A program made the position numbers and the translations under genes. Positions 26,056-40,300 of a stretch of 64,000 bases of DNA are shown here, piece after piece. The notes under the pieces were generated by a model. The model was not told where the DNA came from. It worked only from the letters and a program-made list of their open reading frames with translations, and did not search any database. Positions within the stretch are counted from its first letter, which is position 1, and every line of letters starts with the position of its first letter. Origin of the DNA: Octopus vulgaris (Eukaryota); assembly GCA_951406725.2 (NCBI GenBank), contig OX597815.1, forward strand, positions 135,098,001 through 135,162,000. The letters run 5' to 3'.

Positions 26056-27399
26056 ATTATTAGCAAATTTTCCTCTGTTTTGATTAACTTTAAAGGTTGC
26101 TGGCAATGACAGTGCAGAAAATGTCATCTGTTAGAGGAAGAATGAGTTGCAGACTTGTGGTGCTAACATGGCCTAACTGAAAGTGCATGCATGAACATTA
26201 AAGACCCTTGTGAGTTAGTCACTGATGCCACCGCCACCACCACCACCAAAGTCACCAGCATTATTCCTACTACCATTACCATTACCACTATCACTGCTGT
26301 CTCTACTTTCACCAGTGTAACCACTACAACTATTATTACTACCATCACTTACTACCACTACCAACAAGACCATTTTTTTTCAACATTATCTTCAGTTCCA
26401 CAGAAGCCTATTGATTAAATATTTAACATTGAAGAAACATTGAAAACAAACTGCTTCATATTAAGAAAATAAATTAAATTCTTTTTTTTTTTTATAATTA
26501 ATCGAGAGATACTCAAATTCTTATGACTGCACTCCTATTATTTTTGTTTTTATTACTATTTTTATTATGCACCACTACCGCCACCACCACAATCACCACC
26601 ACCACATTTGAATGTTTTGATTTGTTTAGCCATCATTCACAACAATACCATTGTTATCCTTGTTATTAAGGCTAATGTCATTACAATCATTACTGACTAC
26701 TTCATTTCCCTTATACTGTTAATGCTTATAAGAAACCCTACATTGTACTCCAGTCTGTGAAAACATCTTGGGTTTGGTGACTGCAGAATGTTATCCTTAG
26801 CATCCTCAGGAAAGGCTTTAATCTCACAACTAAACACTCTTACTCCATCATTGCAACTGCCATTATTATTGGCATTTTATGTTTGTGTTTTTCCAAACTC
26901 ACTAGGTCTTCAGTACTAGGTCTTGTCACTCGTTGCAGTTATTTGCCATCTCCTTTGTGAGGTTCAAGCTCTTAAAATCAACTTTCATAACTTTTTACCA
27001 TATCATATTTCATCTTCCTTTCTTTCACTTGGATTGCTCCATGTCTTTACTAACCATCATCCCCCATATGCATCACATGTTCACATTGATGAACTCTGCA
27101 CTTTTCATATGCTATATCTAAATCCTCTTATATCCAGTTATCCTCTCAGCTCAGTTTTTGCTTCATCATTCATATACACCAACAGTACACATCCTGTGAA
27201 ATATGTATTCATTTCTTTCCAGCCTTCACATTTTTCCTGTTCAATGTCCTTATTTTTCAAGTACCCAACACTCATCTTACACAAAAGCATCATAAAATCT
27301 ACCTTTTCCCCAGAAAGAATTCCTCTGCTGATTGTAAAGGTAATTTTTTTCTACTTTGTTTTTACTCTGGATACTATGCTTTTGGAACATTATCTTTCA

Positions 27400-28560
27400 T
27401 CCACTGTTAATTAGGTCACTAGGTAAGAGAAGCTATCAGCTATTTATTTATATATATATATATCATAGCCAAATAGCTATGATAAAAGAAAAATTGAGCT
27501 CTGGTAAGACACCTATTTGCATGCCAGATTCTCTACTGAACTCCTTGCTAACTCACATGCAGATAATATCTCTCCATATGGTTTGTACATTTCTTGCAAA
27601 CCACTCATTTATACCTACTTCTCTCAGCCTTATTCAGACTGCAGTGCATGAAACTTCAACAGAGGCCTTCTCTCACAATGAATGCTTGGTCACACCAAAA
27701 ACTAATCCAATAGATATCTCATTGAAAAGAGAACACAAACTTGAACTAAGTTTTATCTAAGCTGATTTTCTTCTTAATTAGTTGTGCTGTAACCCTTTGT
27801 TACTTACATCACTTGTCCCATTAATTTGATGCTTCTATGGAAGCTTCTTTCTACAGCACAACCTTTGCCTTTGTAGTAATTACTGATACTACTTCTATAC
27901 CACATATTGTGAATAAGCTCTTCCAGTACAACCTGCTGACTGTGCAAGTAATTGGTGTATGTCTTACATCACTGAATATTTTCAGCATCTTAGTGCTCCT
28001 TGCCTTCACATCCTTAATGACCAAATGGCTACTTTAAACATATCTCACACGATTTCAATAGCCAACAGCCTTGTTGAGTCTCCTTGGGATTGTTTCATCT
28101 CCCCAATAAATTCTTTTAATTCAACAGTTTCTTGCAGCAATATTTCCATGCCATTTAATCTTGGCATTAGTGAAGGCATGTGCAGCTATGATAACAAACA
28201 TTTTACTTACACCATTTTGATTTATACTGGCATACGACTTTGCAATCCCAAACACTTCACACTTCTGATCCTCATGTCATAGAACATTGACAAATTTCTT
28301 ACTTTCTGCTTCACTTCTTGCTATGTACCAGTGATGTTTAGCTTCTGTCATCGCTACATGTTGTTGTCTTTTCCAAGCATTTTATGGCTCTGTCTATAAT
28401 ATTATTCTCTATGTCACCAGGTTGAGACCTTTTGCCAGCCATAGATCTGGTCTCTGCCTCACAACATGTCTTGCAGTAACTCTTAGTTTTCTTCTATATT
28501 ATGTCTCTTGTCTCTTCCTCTGCTGCAAAATGTATTTCAGCTAGTACTCATTTAGTATCT
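27400..28560 (-). mobile_element. Heavily decayed RTE LINE segment
   Basis: Purine-rich minus strand with RT-region remnants similar to 39730-40300. Confidence 0.55.
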
Positions 28561-28639
28561 ATGTACCTCTATGTTCTCGTGTACAACACTGTTTTTAAAT
28601 TAAATCCTTTCTTTAGAAATCTAAGTGTGAACAATCAAT

Positions 28640-29045
28640 GGAAATAGTAGTTGTGATACCTGTGCCGGTGGCACATAAAAAGCACCATCCGAACGTGGCC
28701 GTTGCCAGCACCGCCTCGACTGGCTTCTGTGCCGGTGGCACATAAAAAGCACCATCCGAACATGGCCGATGCCAGCACCGCCTTGGCTGGCTTCCGTGCC
28801 GGTGGCACGTTAAAAGCACCAACCGATTGTGGCCGATACCGGACTCCCCTGGCACCTGTGCAGGTGGCACATAAAAAGCACCCACTACACTCGCGGAGCG
28901 GTTGGCATTAGGAAGGGCATCCAGCTGTAGAAACACTGCCAGATCAGACTGGAGCCTGGTGCAGCCCCTGGCTTCCCAGACCCCGGTTGAACCGTCCAAC
29001 CTGTGCTAGCACGGAAAACGGACGTTAAACGATGATGATGATGAT
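28640..29045 (+). mobile_element. Young S2 element with four internal ~67-bp repeats
   Basis: gtgc(c/a)ggtggcac at 28662, 28729, 28796 and 28858; CpGs retained; (gat)n tail. Confidence 0.9.
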
Positions 29046-29460
29046 GAACAAATATCTACATTTAAACAGAACACAGGTGCATACTTAAAGAAAACCAGAG
29101 TTCCACCTTTTTTTTTTAATTTCTAGTCTTTTTGAATCAGGAATGAAACTTGTAGGTAAATATAAACATTAGCAATGTTTTTATTTTCTCATTATAGTTT
29201 ACATTTCTTCAATATCAAGAGTTGTTCTGCTACATATTTTCAAACAAAGGCAGTCATGTCACCGTGTTAATCATCTATGGGTAAACTCTGATGATCCAGT
29301 TAAGTACATTCAATTAATATGTAGCTAATGGCATATTAACATGCAACATTTCAGATTGTAACTTTTGTTTGTAAATTTCGATTGAGCAAACCTATGATCA
29401 AATGTGCTGTAACCAGGAGGATATCTTTTAAGGGTATTCAGAACTACATTGTCCCATATA

Positions 29461-29872
29461 CTCTTTTACTTGTTTCAGTCATTTGACTGCGGCCATGCTG
29501 GAGCACCGCCTTTAGTCAAGCAAATCGACCCCAGGACTTATCCTTTGGATGCCTAGTACTTATTCTATCGGTCTCTTTTGCCGAACCGCTAAGTTACGGG
29601 GATGTAAACACACCAGCATCGGTTGTCAAGAGATGTTGGGGGCACAAACACAGACACATAAACATATACACACACACACACATACATATACATATATACA
29701 TATATACGATGGGCTTCTTTCAGTTTCCATCTACCAAATCCACTCACAAGGCTTTGGTCGAACCGAGGCTATAGTAGAAGACACTTGCCCAAGGAGCCAC
29801 ACAGTGGGAATGAATCCGGAACCATGTGGTTGGTAAGCAAGCTACTTACCACACAGCCACTCCTGCACCTAT
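29461..29872 (-). mobile_element. SINE family S1, full length
   Basis: Near-identical reverse complement of 61685-62100. Confidence 0.92.
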
Positions 29873-30524
29873 GTCCATTTCATAACGTAGTAAGGCATGA
29901 TTTGAGAGATATATGGTAGCTATTTCTAATAGGTCAAACGATCATAGGTTTTTTTTTTCTTTTGCTGTGTACTGGTGGCGGAAATGGTAGCAGCTGATAT
30001 TTTTTAATAATCATAATGCTAGCAAGTTAAATTAAATGTGAAATGCTGGCAGAAGGCCACACAATTTGACAGAGATCACAGCTGATGAAATCCTCCCCAG
30101 CACCTGAAATGGTACTTAAATCACCCACTACCTTGATAATAATAATTATAATCAAGATGATAATGATTTCTTGCATTGGGATAAAACCGCTGGCTTATAA
30201 AGGACCAGTGTAGTTCATAGAATTGGTCCCAGTACATGTCTGTTACATATTCTAGATGTAGAGATGCAGTTAAGGCATTCAGGTTAACAAGCTACAATTT
30301 CTGTCAATCCCAATGACCTTTCCAAAAGCTGTTGACTTAATATCTGTTTCAAGAGCATTAACAGTATAAGTAAGTCAAATAGTTTCAACAAGTGATAAAT
30401 CTATACTACAGTCTTAGCATTCCAGGAGCTGGCTCTTGTACCACAATACTATGTGAGTGGTGACTATGAAGTACCAGGGGTTGTAATTTTGTGGTGGTGA
30501 CATTAACTGAATCATGACCTCCCA

Positions 30525-30855
30525 ACCCCTTTAGTCATGAATGACTGTGGGATTGGACCTAGAAAGTTGTCCTCTGAGGTACAAGTCTGGGCAAGGTCGT
30601 TTATGGAAAGCCACTAGTTACCCATGCATACCAGCTTCCCATCTCCATACCACCGATGATATCCAAGGGAAAAGCAAAAGCCAATACAGCTTGGCACCAG
30701 TGATATTACAACTCACTTCTACAGATGAGTGAACTGGAGTAACGCAAAATAAAGTGTCTTGCTGAAGAACACAACACACAACCAGGTCCAGGAATTGAAC
30801 TCACTACCTCAGGATTGCGAGCCTGATGCTCTAACCATTGAGTCATGCACCTTCA
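30525..30855 (-). mobile_element. CORE-like SINE family S4b
   Basis: Homologous to 15680-15995. Confidence 0.8.
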
Positions 30856-31930
30856 TTAGCTATGACAGTAATTTTGATGGTATTGGTGAATACATTGATC
30901 CTAATATCAACGGTGATGACGATGAAGGTGATGATGATGAAAGTGTTGACGAAGCAGATGAAATGATCACTAAATATTTGTATGACACTGCTTTATGACT
31001 TACTATGGCCTTTAACACCGAATATCCTAGTGTAAATACCACTCTACTTGCGTGAATATTTATCTGCATGCGTATATATATGCCTGCATACTTGTGTGTT
31101 TGTTTCTGACTTTTGTGCACAATATGCATGAGTGCATATGTTTATAGGAGTGAGAGACAATAAATGTACGGAAGATGTTTGTTAATTGTGCATATATGAA
31201 GTGTCTTCAGTATATTTGCGAATGTGCTGTGCATAATAAAGTGCTTGCATCAACGTGCAAAAGCGTATTTATCTATGTGTGCATGCATGTATTTGTAGAG
31301 CACATTAAAGACATATTGTGTGTATGTGTGTGTTTGAGAGAGTGAGAGAGAAATGCGCGTGTGTGTGTGTGTAGCAACTACGTTTTGTGTTGATTACGGG
31401 CATGTATGCATATTGCATTAATTGTGAATTTTGTGTGCATTGTGAATGCGTGGATGCTGATCATGTCAGATGATATGTTTACATTTATGAGCATGTGTGT
31501 GCATGCATGTGAGCAGGTGTAAATGTTTACATCTACTTGAATAAATATGTACATGTGTGTGAGAAAGTGCGTATTTGTAAGAACATGCATATGCGTGTGT
31601 GCGCACACACATGTGAACATAAATGTGTGGTCTTGGCAATGTACTACATGAAAATTCTAAATGTGGATGTGTGAATGCATTTCTATGTGTATTTATGAGA
31701 TTACCATGCATCATATGATTACGCGAAGTCAGCCCTGATCAAACAGACCTATGACCAAGGGCATCTAGCTACGATCATTCTATCTTCACTTTTCAGACAT
31801 GCTATCCAGTGTTCACTTTTTAAATACTATAGCAGGTGATTTGAAGGAGATTCAGATGCTTTAACTATCAGGTCAACTGACTATGTATTATATGTATTTT
31901 TTTTTTGTGTGTGGTGTGCGTGTGTGTGTG

Positions 31931-31967
<37 letters not shown>

Positions 31968-32276
31968 TAGATAGATAGAGAGAGAGAGACAGACCTATGT
32001 ACTCAAGAAGACACATACTCCACTGCAGAAGTGTTAAAGCCACTGTCCATGGTAAAGAGGATTGGCTTGCAAAAGTCCTGTGTTGGGGGGGCATGTAAAA
32101 AGCACTTGTGCCAGTGCCATGTCAAAACATTCATGTGGTGGCACGTATAAAGCACCCAGCACACTCTGTAAAGTAGTTGGTGTTAGGAAGGGCATCCAGC
32201 CATAGAAACCAGGTTAAATCAGACTGGAGTCTGGTGCAGCCTCCCCAGCTTGCTAGCTCTGGTCAAACCATATAAC

Positions 32277-32731
32277 CAGCACTGGATTAACCATTAAATA
32301 AAATAAACACGCGCTTAGGGGATCAAGGGATGGGGACATCGCAAAAATGAAAATGGTCCACCGCATGAAAGAAATCACTTTAAACTTGCTAAAATAATAT
32401 TAATAATGCCTTATCTCTTCTAAGTATAGAAGCAGAAGTTTTACATAAAATTAATTCTAACGATATCATCAAAGACTTTGTTATTAAAAGAAAAAAAACA
32501 AAGGAGAAAATTTTTCAAATATAAATAAAGTGGAAACATACAAAAATAAACATTATTTTCCATCTTATAGTTAATTTTGTTACATTTTGAAAAATAAGAA
32601 TTTATTTTATGGGCTTATTATTGTTTACATTTTGAATAATTTTTGTTTATATTTTCAACCATTTACGTATACTCGAGGGCACCAAAACCTTTTAAATGTT
32701 TAGTACCTCTATGGGCCTTAATCTGGCTCTG
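32277..32731 (+). mobile_element. Non-autonomous hAT element nested in an S2 copy (32085-32785)
   Basis: TIRs cagcactggattaa / ttaatctggctctg; degenerate 8-bp TSD catataac/catccaat. 32408-32490 encodes ALSLLSIEAEVLHKINSNDIIKDFVIKR, resembling a hAT C-terminal dimerisation domain. Confidence 0.8.
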
Positions 32732-35221
32732 CATCCAATCCATGCCAGCAAGAAAAACTGAAATTAAATGATGATGATGATGATATATGCATAATATGTG
32801 TGTGTGCATGTAATACAGTTCAGTATGGGATAAATCCATAGATTTTAGCCATCACTGCATTTATAAATTAATTAAATATATCATAATTTACTTGATACGT
32901 GAATATATATTCCGTTTTCTTTTTGATTTCTTTTGCAGTCTTAAAGGAATATTATGTTACATTGGAGTAAACATTTTGTGCATGCATGTCACGTGTAATA
33001 ATTCAGTTAGGTGGTAGTGTACTAAATGACATATAAAAAAAAATTCTTAATGAATTGAAATTTGCCACTTAATTGCAGAAAGAAACAAAAACCTGGTAGC
33101 AATTGTTAACGAATCTGTTAGAAGAAGGGAGATAATTTTCAGCTGTTAAGAATTGATTTCTTTAATTTAATTTAATTTTTAGGGTTATTTTTGTGCTTTC
33201 TATTGTGAGATCTGTATGTCTAGATGTGAATCTGAATGTATAAGTCAATATGCAAATGCATCATTGCATGCTTCTGTGTGTGCATGCATGTGCATACGTG
33301 TGCATGTATGTGTACATTTGTTTGTATGCGCCTGTGTGAAATTACAAAACTTTAAATTGATAAATCAGCATTTGCTGCTCAGAAGTGAAAATTCAGAATT
33401 TCATGTATACAAAGGAATATAATTTCCTATTTATGGATGCTGCCACCAGTACCGTAATCATCACTATAATGATGGCTATTAATGCGTCCAATCCCTATCA
33501 CTTCTCATCACTCTCCCAATTACAGCAAATATTCCATTAAAACACATAAACAAGAAATACTGTGAATGAGGAATTTCAGATAGAAACCTTCTAATTTGAA
33601 TTTTTTCAGTTTTTTTTTAAACATTCTATAGCTTACAACATTATGTATGCGTGTATTTGTGTGAGTGTGCACATTTGTGTGTATATGTAGGACACTTATC
33701 TTGTAGGTATAATTTATGTAATTTACCTAAAGAATTCTGATATAAATGAAGAGCAATGAGACGCATGGCAAAAAGTAAATAAATACATAAATAAAAGATA
33801 TTCAATAATCCACCTTATGTAATTATGATTTCACACATTGGCTCAAAGACAAATATTTGAAGGGGAGGTTTAGCTTGGAGAGATGGGAAGTCAATTGCAG
33901 CGAGATTTGGAGTCAGAATGAAAATGAAACATTACGTAACAAAATACTGAAATGTTATTCACTAATCCCTTGCTCTTCCAGTTTAAATCATAATGATTTC
34001 TATAAGACACAAAGCCAAAAGCTCAAGTTATGCATGCTATAAATAGCTATAAGCTGCTGTTCCATTTATGGTCAAGAAAATTTGGTAATCACAGATGGGT
34101 AATTACAGGGTTAAAATCTGGTGACAGTTTGGAGTAGATTCTGATGGATCAATTTTTAGTGAGACCAGAGGATAAACTGCCAAGTCTAGTAGTGGGAGGG
34201 CACCGAATTCTACTGTGACATAGATTTATTTAGAAAAGGAATACTAAGAATAATGCCTGCATAGCAGACAAGTGGTATGAAGCAATCTATTTGACAATAC
34301 AGGCAATTTTTTTACCTTTAATTCTTCTCAATGTTTATTGATTGGCATAGTCAAATTAACTGATGGTCTCAATATCATATGCTTTTAGTCTTTATTTGGC
34401 AACCAAAGGTTATATGCAACAGATTAGGAGATTAAACATTTTGAAACTACTCATATGAATGAGCCATGTGAGGGAAGTTCCATAAACAGCTTAGTTACTG
34501 TCAGAGTATTAGAATGTATAAAGAATACGGGTCAGTTGAAGATGAAGTAGAAACAAATGCTCACATTTGAAAAGATATTAATTTTTCTTACACTGGAAAC
34601 AAGCAGTATACCAGGGCTAGATATGAGTTGCAAAAATATCATGGAAAATTTCATCAAGGAACAGATGTGCTAGAAGCTGTCCTTTTAGAAATCTGATTAA
34701 TTTCAGAATTCAAAAATTTTTAAGTCATCTTGAGGGAAGCAAATTTTCTACTTCAAAAGCAGAACTATAAGCTTGAAAATATTTCATAGACATTTCCAGT
34801 GTATAGACATGATATATGATTGAAGTCAAAGCTAGAGTTTTATATCCTAAGAGGCTAGTTTGTATATGGGCAAGGGAGATTCCATTTATGAATGAGTCAA
34901 TAATACTTTGGAGATGCATGGCTTAGTGGTTAGAATATTGGACTCATGATCGTAAGATTGTAGTCTTGATTCCTGGACCAGGCAATGTGTTGTGTTCTTG
35001 AGCAGAGCACTTCATTTCATGTTGCTCTAGTCCACTCAGCCATAGAAATGAGTACCACTAGTGGAGGTGCATCGCTTAGTGATCACAGATGTAAACAAAT
35101 ATGCAGACACACCTGCACACTCCTATACAAAGAGGATGATCTTTCAGTTTCTGTCATCTAAATCTGTACATATGGCTTTTATATGTATGTGTGTGTACAT
35201 TCACTTATGTGTATACATATT

Positions 35222-35508
35222 TCATCATCATCATCATCATTTAATGTCAGTTTTCCATGCTAGCATGGGTTGGACGGTTCAACCGGGGCCTGGGAAGCCA
35301 AGAGGCTGCACCAGGCTCCAGTCTGATCTGGCAGTGTTTCTACAGCTGGATGCCCTTCCTAACGCTAACCACTCCGTGAGTGTAGTGGGTGCTTTTTACG
35401 TGCCAGGGGAGGCTGGCAATGGCCATGATCGGTTGGTGCTTTTTACGTGCCACCGGCACGGAAGCCAGTCAAGGCGGCACTGGCATCAGCCACGTACGGA
35501 TGGTGTGT
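35222..35508 (-). mobile_element. SINE/LINE-tail family S2
   Basis: Matches 28640-29045. Confidence 0.88.
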
Positions 35509-35754
35509 TGTAGGTGTACACACACATATATATTAACATACACAAACATATATATGCACATACACACAAATATATATGTACCAGCAGCTAAACTCGGTTT
35601 CACCAGGTCGGTTTGGATGATGTGGCAGTAAAACCTGCTCTTGTAAGCATTCGACTTGCTTGGGTATGCTTATGTTAAAAAACAATTTTAGAGTTGAAAT
35701 GCTGTTTGGTTTATTTTGTTTGGCATACAATTTTCATCATCCCACTACCAAGTA

Positions 35755-35972
35755 TGACATCACCCATTCCTTCCTCATTCATAAACATAAGAATATTATT
35801 ATAGTAGATTATCTCTGCAACCATGGGAGCTATGAAAATAATATGACATCACCCCTTCCTTCCTTATTCATCTATCACCCCTTCCTTTCTCATTCATAAA
35901 CACAAGAGTATTATTATAGTAGATTATCTCGGTAACACAAGAGTATTATTATAGTAGATTATCTCGGTAACC
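35755..35972. repeat. Local tandem duplications including a perfect 35-bp repeat
   Basis: aacacaagagtattattatagtagattatctcggt twice (35899-35968), plus a diverged copy near 35783. Confidence 0.85.
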
Positions 35973-36325
35973 ATGAAAAAATACAAAGCCCAGCATCACC
36001 ACCGGATCATTCTACACATCTATGTAATTCTTCATGCACTTCCACCCAAGTGAATTCCACCCACGTGAAACCCAAGACAAGAAAGAATCGCCCATGTCAA
36101 ATTTATATGTATAGATATACATGAACATATACAAGCATGGCTGTGTGCATGCACATACTCACAATATATGCATAAATTTGAATGCATGTATAACCATAAA
36201 GATACATATAGATGTATATGCAAGAAATGATATTAGAAAGTTGAAGTAAGGAGAAAGAAAAAGAGGGAGCTAGAGGGAAAATGAAGAGAAATTTTGAATG
36301 GCAACGATAATTAGAAAAATGAGAA

Positions 36326-36389
<64 letters not shown>

Positions 36390-36539
36390 TGTGTGTGTGA
36401 GTGTGTGTGTGAAAAATACAGTATGAGAGTAAGTTTTCATAACTAAATTTTAATAATACAAAACAGTTATTTAAAAGTGATGGAAACACACACACATACA
36501 CACACACAAAAATAGGGAATAAATGCCATGGTCACTAAA

Positions 36540-37040
36540 AACAAAGATTATGTTGATTATGATGAATACACTGATGAGGAGAAGCTTATAATGATTATTT
36601 CTTCATGATGAATATCATTGCGGTAATGCTTTTGCTAGTTGTGTTGATAATGAATGATGATGATGATGATGATAGAGTGGTGATGATAGAGTTTATGCCG
36701 ATGATGAGGAAAGTGGTACTGATGTTGGTGGCGATCATGTTACTAATAATGGTGATGACAATGACAGTGATTGCAATGGTGATGAAAATACTGCTATTCA
36801 TAACAACAATAATGATGATGATGATGATGATGATGCTCATGCTCTCATTAATATCAATAATATTGATGATGATAACAACAACGCAAAAGATGATTATGAA
36901 GATAATAACATAGCAACAAGAAAGACCTTAATAATGGTAACGATGACAGCATAAAAACAATGATGCTAACGATTTTGATGAGAAAGAATACAATTATGAG
37001 TGAGGTAAAGGAAAACAGAAGAGTAATAGTGGTCATAGAA
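36540..37040. repeat. Degenerate (ATG/ATA)n low-complexity tract
   Basis: Directly visible; poly-M/D/I ORFs. Confidence 0.85.
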
Positions 37041-37688
37041 GATGGAAGATATTTCTGGGCTACACTGTATGTTGAGTATTTCAGTGCATTTGCATCATTT
37101 TCTTCTTGAAAATCATATCATTGAGTCTGCTGGGTTGGTGGAGTGGTGGTAGGTGAGTAGAAATTGGGTACGTAGACGGGTGGGTCAGTAGACTGCTTAG
37201 AAAATTTATGAGGGTAGAAAGGTGGGTAGATAGATAAGTCTGTAGTAATATAGGTGAGTATAGGAAGGTGGATAGGTAGATAGGTGAGTTGTTATTTGGA
37301 TGTGATGGTAGATAGGTAGGTTGTTGGGTAGGCAGGTATGTAGACTGATAGGCTGGCCAACATTCAGTATTGCAACAGAAGTGCATTGCTAACATTAAAG
37401 CACTCTTAGAGATAAACAGATACAGAAATGTGCGTGTGTGTGTATGTTTGTGTGTGTGTGTTTGTGTGTCTATGTGTAAATATCAGAAACAGCAGTAGTA
37501 ATGTTTAAAAAAATTTGGGTGCCACATATTAACCCCACTCACTCACTTGCACCCACTCCCCACCCCCAAACTTGTTGCTGAAAACCAAATGCTAATTGCA
37601 TGTACATCTAACTGCATATGTGACTAATTTTAGTGTGTAATGTTCGTCTAACTTTCCCACACATCCATCTTAGCATTCCCAAATAAAT

Positions 37689-37719
<31 letters not shown>

Positions 37720-37771
37720 TCTATGCATGTAACTCAACTACTTCATTCCATCAATGCTTTCTCTTTCTTTT

Positions 37772-37806
<35 letters not shown>

Positions 37807-38075
37807 TGTCTCGCCACCCTCAACTCACAACAGCCCATGTTTCGTCTATCACATTGATGCATATGACATGGCTGTTGCTTTTGCCTGAAAAACTTTCTCA
37901 TTGTACTCACCAACCACCCCAATACTACAAACATACTGCTCAACCCCTCCAGCACCACCCCATGATGATACCCCGACACCATACTGCAGATTTGCAATAC
38001 ATGCTGCAGAACAGCTAGCCTTGACCTGAATAAAATTTGGCTTCTGAAAATTTTTTTAGCATTTTGTCATATGCT

Positions 38076-38106
<31 letters not shown>

Positions 38107-38671
38107 CATATATGTATGCATGCATAAAAACACACTGATATTGTGGAAATATATACATGCTGGCTCATATACACATTTGTAGCCACAATTCATTAATAAG
38201 AAATCTGAAAAATGTAATGTGATAAACCGAAGTAAAGTTTTAACCACAAACATCCTGCAACGAATTTACTGGTTGTTTATTCAAAATGTGAAATTTATTA
38301 ATAGCACGAATGTTACTTAGCACAGCAGGGGAAGAGTAACTGTATATAATTGATGCACTTTTATCAAAAAAGCTTTAACATATATTTCAAACTATCTGAA
38401 AAAATACTGTGTATTGCATTATTAATCAACGATGTTAATAGTGCATTATTAATAAACCGTTTTAATAATGCAATATTATACAGATTAGACCACTTTGGCT
38501 ATGTCTAAGTTTGTACACACTATAAATAGCTAAAAGCTATTAATCTCTCTGAAGGCTGAAGATGAGTATTGATAAAGGTCTAAGGAAACTAGAAGCTAGT
38601 CAGATTATTCCACTTTCTATGTCCAAAGAGAGATAAATACCTCACATAGTGAGGCTAAAATTATAGGCTTT

Positions 38672-39025
38672 ATCATCATCGTTTAACGTTCGTTTTCCAT
38701 GATGGTTTGACTGGGGACTGGCAAGCCAGGAGGCTGCACCAGACACCAATCTGATCTGGTAATGTTTCTACAGCTGGATGCCTTTCCTAATGCCAACCAC
38801 TCCCGAGAGTGTAGTGGGTTTCCTTTTTACGTGCCACCGGCATGGGAGCCAGTCAGGCAGCACTGGCATCAACCATGTTCAGATGGTGGTTTTTATGTGC
38901 CACTGTCATGGGGAGCCAGTCAGGTGGCACTAGCAACAACCCACGCATGAATGGTGCCTATTGCATGCCACCAGCATGGGAGCCAGTCAGGTGGCACTGG
39001 CATCGGCCACAACTACAAATTCCAT
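38672..39025 (-). mobile_element. SINE/LINE-tail family S2 with three internal repeats
   Basis: catgggagccagtcagg repeated three times. Confidence 0.85.
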
Positions 39026-39289
39026 TTTTGATTTTGATTTGATTGAGATTCTGATTGTGATTTTTGATTTTTTAAAAGGAAGAGTGCATCTTACTTCACA
39101 CTTGTTTTATCAAAAATACTATGTGGTACATTATTAAGCATGTATATATGTGTGTGTGTGAGTGTATGCATAAGAAATTATTCTTATTATTTTGAATTGC
39201 ATTGTTTATATATTTACTTTTTTTGCTTGCTGAATCTGGTGAAAGAAGTGGTGACTATGTCCTTCCACCCCTTGTCAACCTTAAGGAGG

Positions 39290-39620
39290 TTCTAAAGCAG
39301 TGAAAGTATAATAAGATGTGCCAGCTCTGAAGAACAATGGCCATTAGAGTAACAGTAAAAAAGGCAGTAAAAGGAGACAGAATACCTGTGAACTAAATTC
39401 TGGAGCCCATTGCTAACTAAATGCCAATCACTTGAGTAGCCTTTCTCTAGATGCAGTACAGGATGTTTGTATGCATAGCTGCAGCACTGTTCCAAATGTG
39501 GGAGAAGTATTCTATTGGGGACATTACTCAAGCCTAGCAGAATGCAAGCATCTACTGGCAGCTGAAATATTTCCTGGCCCTAAAGAGAAGAGCTAGTCTT
39601 TAGGATGTAGGGGGGGGGGT
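39290..39620 (-). mobile_element. Jockey/CR1-group LINE 3' fragment
   Basis: ORF ..PHLEQCCSY...SVSFYCLFYCYSNGHCSSELAHLII resembles a post-RT LINE C-terminus. Confidence 0.55.
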
Positions 39621-39729
39621 CATTAGTGATAACACTCAGCATTTAGAGTGATGGCGAGGACTAAAGTTGAGACATTCTGGGAGAATAATATGGATGAATA
39701 ATGGTAAACTTGCATATAGTGACCCTAAA

Positions 39730-40300
39730 AAGAAAGAGACATGGAGAGAACTAAAGTGAGAGGTTACTGAATATGGAGATTACATGAGAAAAAGAAAGCC
39801 TTTCAAATGAGAACTTTACAGAGGAACGAGCCATTCTAGTTGACAGCAGTGATAAAGCAATTAAGGATATAAAGATAAGAATTACTGCTACATGATAGAA
39901 TATCTAAGGGAATGAGATTGCTTAGTTAATCCAGTCGTGTAGGAAGGTATACCTTGTGACTCATGTAGCAGCGTTATAGTCAACTGTTCGAGGAGTAAAA
40001 AAGATGCCTTAGAGAGGAATAATTATAGAGGTATTAAATTGCTGGACCAAATAATGGATGTTACAGAATTAGAGATCAACTAGTTAGGAAGAGAGTCAGA
40101 CCAGATGAGATGCATTTTTAGTTTGTAGTAGGGAGAAATACTATTCTTGCAGTTGTCTAACTAGGAAGTAAGACAAGTGAGGAAGTATTTAGCCAAAAGT
40201 AAATTGCTGTACTTTGCTGTCATCAACCTGAAGAAAGCCATTTATAGGGTACCTATCTCCCTAAACTGGTGGTCACTGTGAAAGTTAGAAGTATAGAAAT
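39730..40300 (+). mobile_element. RTE LINE reverse-transcriptase N-terminal fragment
   Basis: Near 39998 reads KKDALERNNYRGIKLLDQIM. Confidence 0.8.

Noticed and set aside
25379-26127. Longest ORFs (150-223 aa), and likewise 55666-56245 and 36605-36913
   Set aside because: They are translations of TA/TG/CA or ATG microsatellites.
28660-28890. CRISPR-like regularly spaced repeats
   Set aside because: The spacers are similar to each other, the array is internal to a eukaryotic retroelement, and there are no cas genes.
30078-30120. CTGATGA...GAAA hammerhead-like spacing; also a VWP peptide on the minus strand as a possible Mpv17 exon
   Set aside because: No stem I/II pairing; the reading frame closes with no donor site.
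32912-33010. Strong plus-strand acceptor ttttctttttgatttcttttgcag
   Set aside because: No good donor and no recognisable peptide.
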